A stretch of DNA of 64,000 nucleotides from Amoebidium appalachense (taxonomy: Eukaryota > Protista > Ichthyosporea): the NCBI GenBank assembly GCA_963693365.1, contig CAVNZM010000013.1, positions 1 to 64,000 on the forward strand. Direction: 5' to 3'. Below are positions 63,721 to 64,000 of this stretch, piece after piece. Made by a program: the position numbers and the translations under genes. Every line of letters starts with the position of its first letter. The first letter of the stretch is position 1. The notes below the pieces were generated by a model. That model saw only the letters and a program-made list of their open reading frames with translations, searched no databases and was not told where the DNA came from.

Positions 63721-64000
63721 AATTTTTTTTTTCTTTTTCTTTTGACTGGATTTATTCGACGGAAAGATATGCAAGTATGCACGGCACACTGAGAAGACAA
63801 TAAAAACTTCACGAGTTATCCAGTAACAAGTGCATACTGAGATACCTGAACACTGTGTGAAAATCATATAAATACTCAATGTGACGACCAACAGAATTCA
63901 ACAAAAAGTCTAAAGTGTTCACATTGCCAGCTAGTGTAGCAGATACCCGTAGGGAAAGAGGTAAAACGCGACATAAAAATTCACACCTATCAACATGCTT
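63721..64000 (-). mobile_element. Second LINE 3' end, runs off the window
   Basis: Reverse complement matches ~51090-51360; its A-tail abuts the previous fragment. Confidence 0.9.

Overview
Positions 1 to ~49,030 are a gene-dense, GC-rich segment of a giant-virus (Nucleocytoviricota) genome. It encodes an A32-like packaging ATPase, a VLTF2-like factor, PCNA, penton-like and P11-like capsid proteins, two D5-type SF3 helicases, an H2B-H2A histone doublet, a minimal DNA ligase, KilA-N/Bro-like proteins, a CE-clan protease, a PL14 lyase and two C5 DNA methyltransferases. At ~49 kb a viral gene is cut by a LINE retrotransposon, and the rest of the window is eukaryotic host-like DNA (microsatellites, LINE fragments, a PIF/Harbinger derivative, a Mug135-like gene). 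The window is therefore most likely one edge of a giant endogenous viral element. The most unusual items are: (1) a mirror-symmetric ~4.5 kb cassette of two divergent J-domain-like paralogues sharing a duplicated CCAAT/E2F-type promoter and bounded by two homologous, inverted tandem-repeat arrays; (2) a Tc1/IS630-type DDE transposase embedded in a ~1,500 aa viral protein, a candidate integrase; (3) tandem methyltransferases with near-identical N-termini and divergent specificity regions; (4) a GPCR-like 7TM gene paired with an RGS gene; (5) a spliceosomal intron filled with E2F/CRE/CCAAT-like repeats. All family assignments come from motif recognition by eye; no database search was run.
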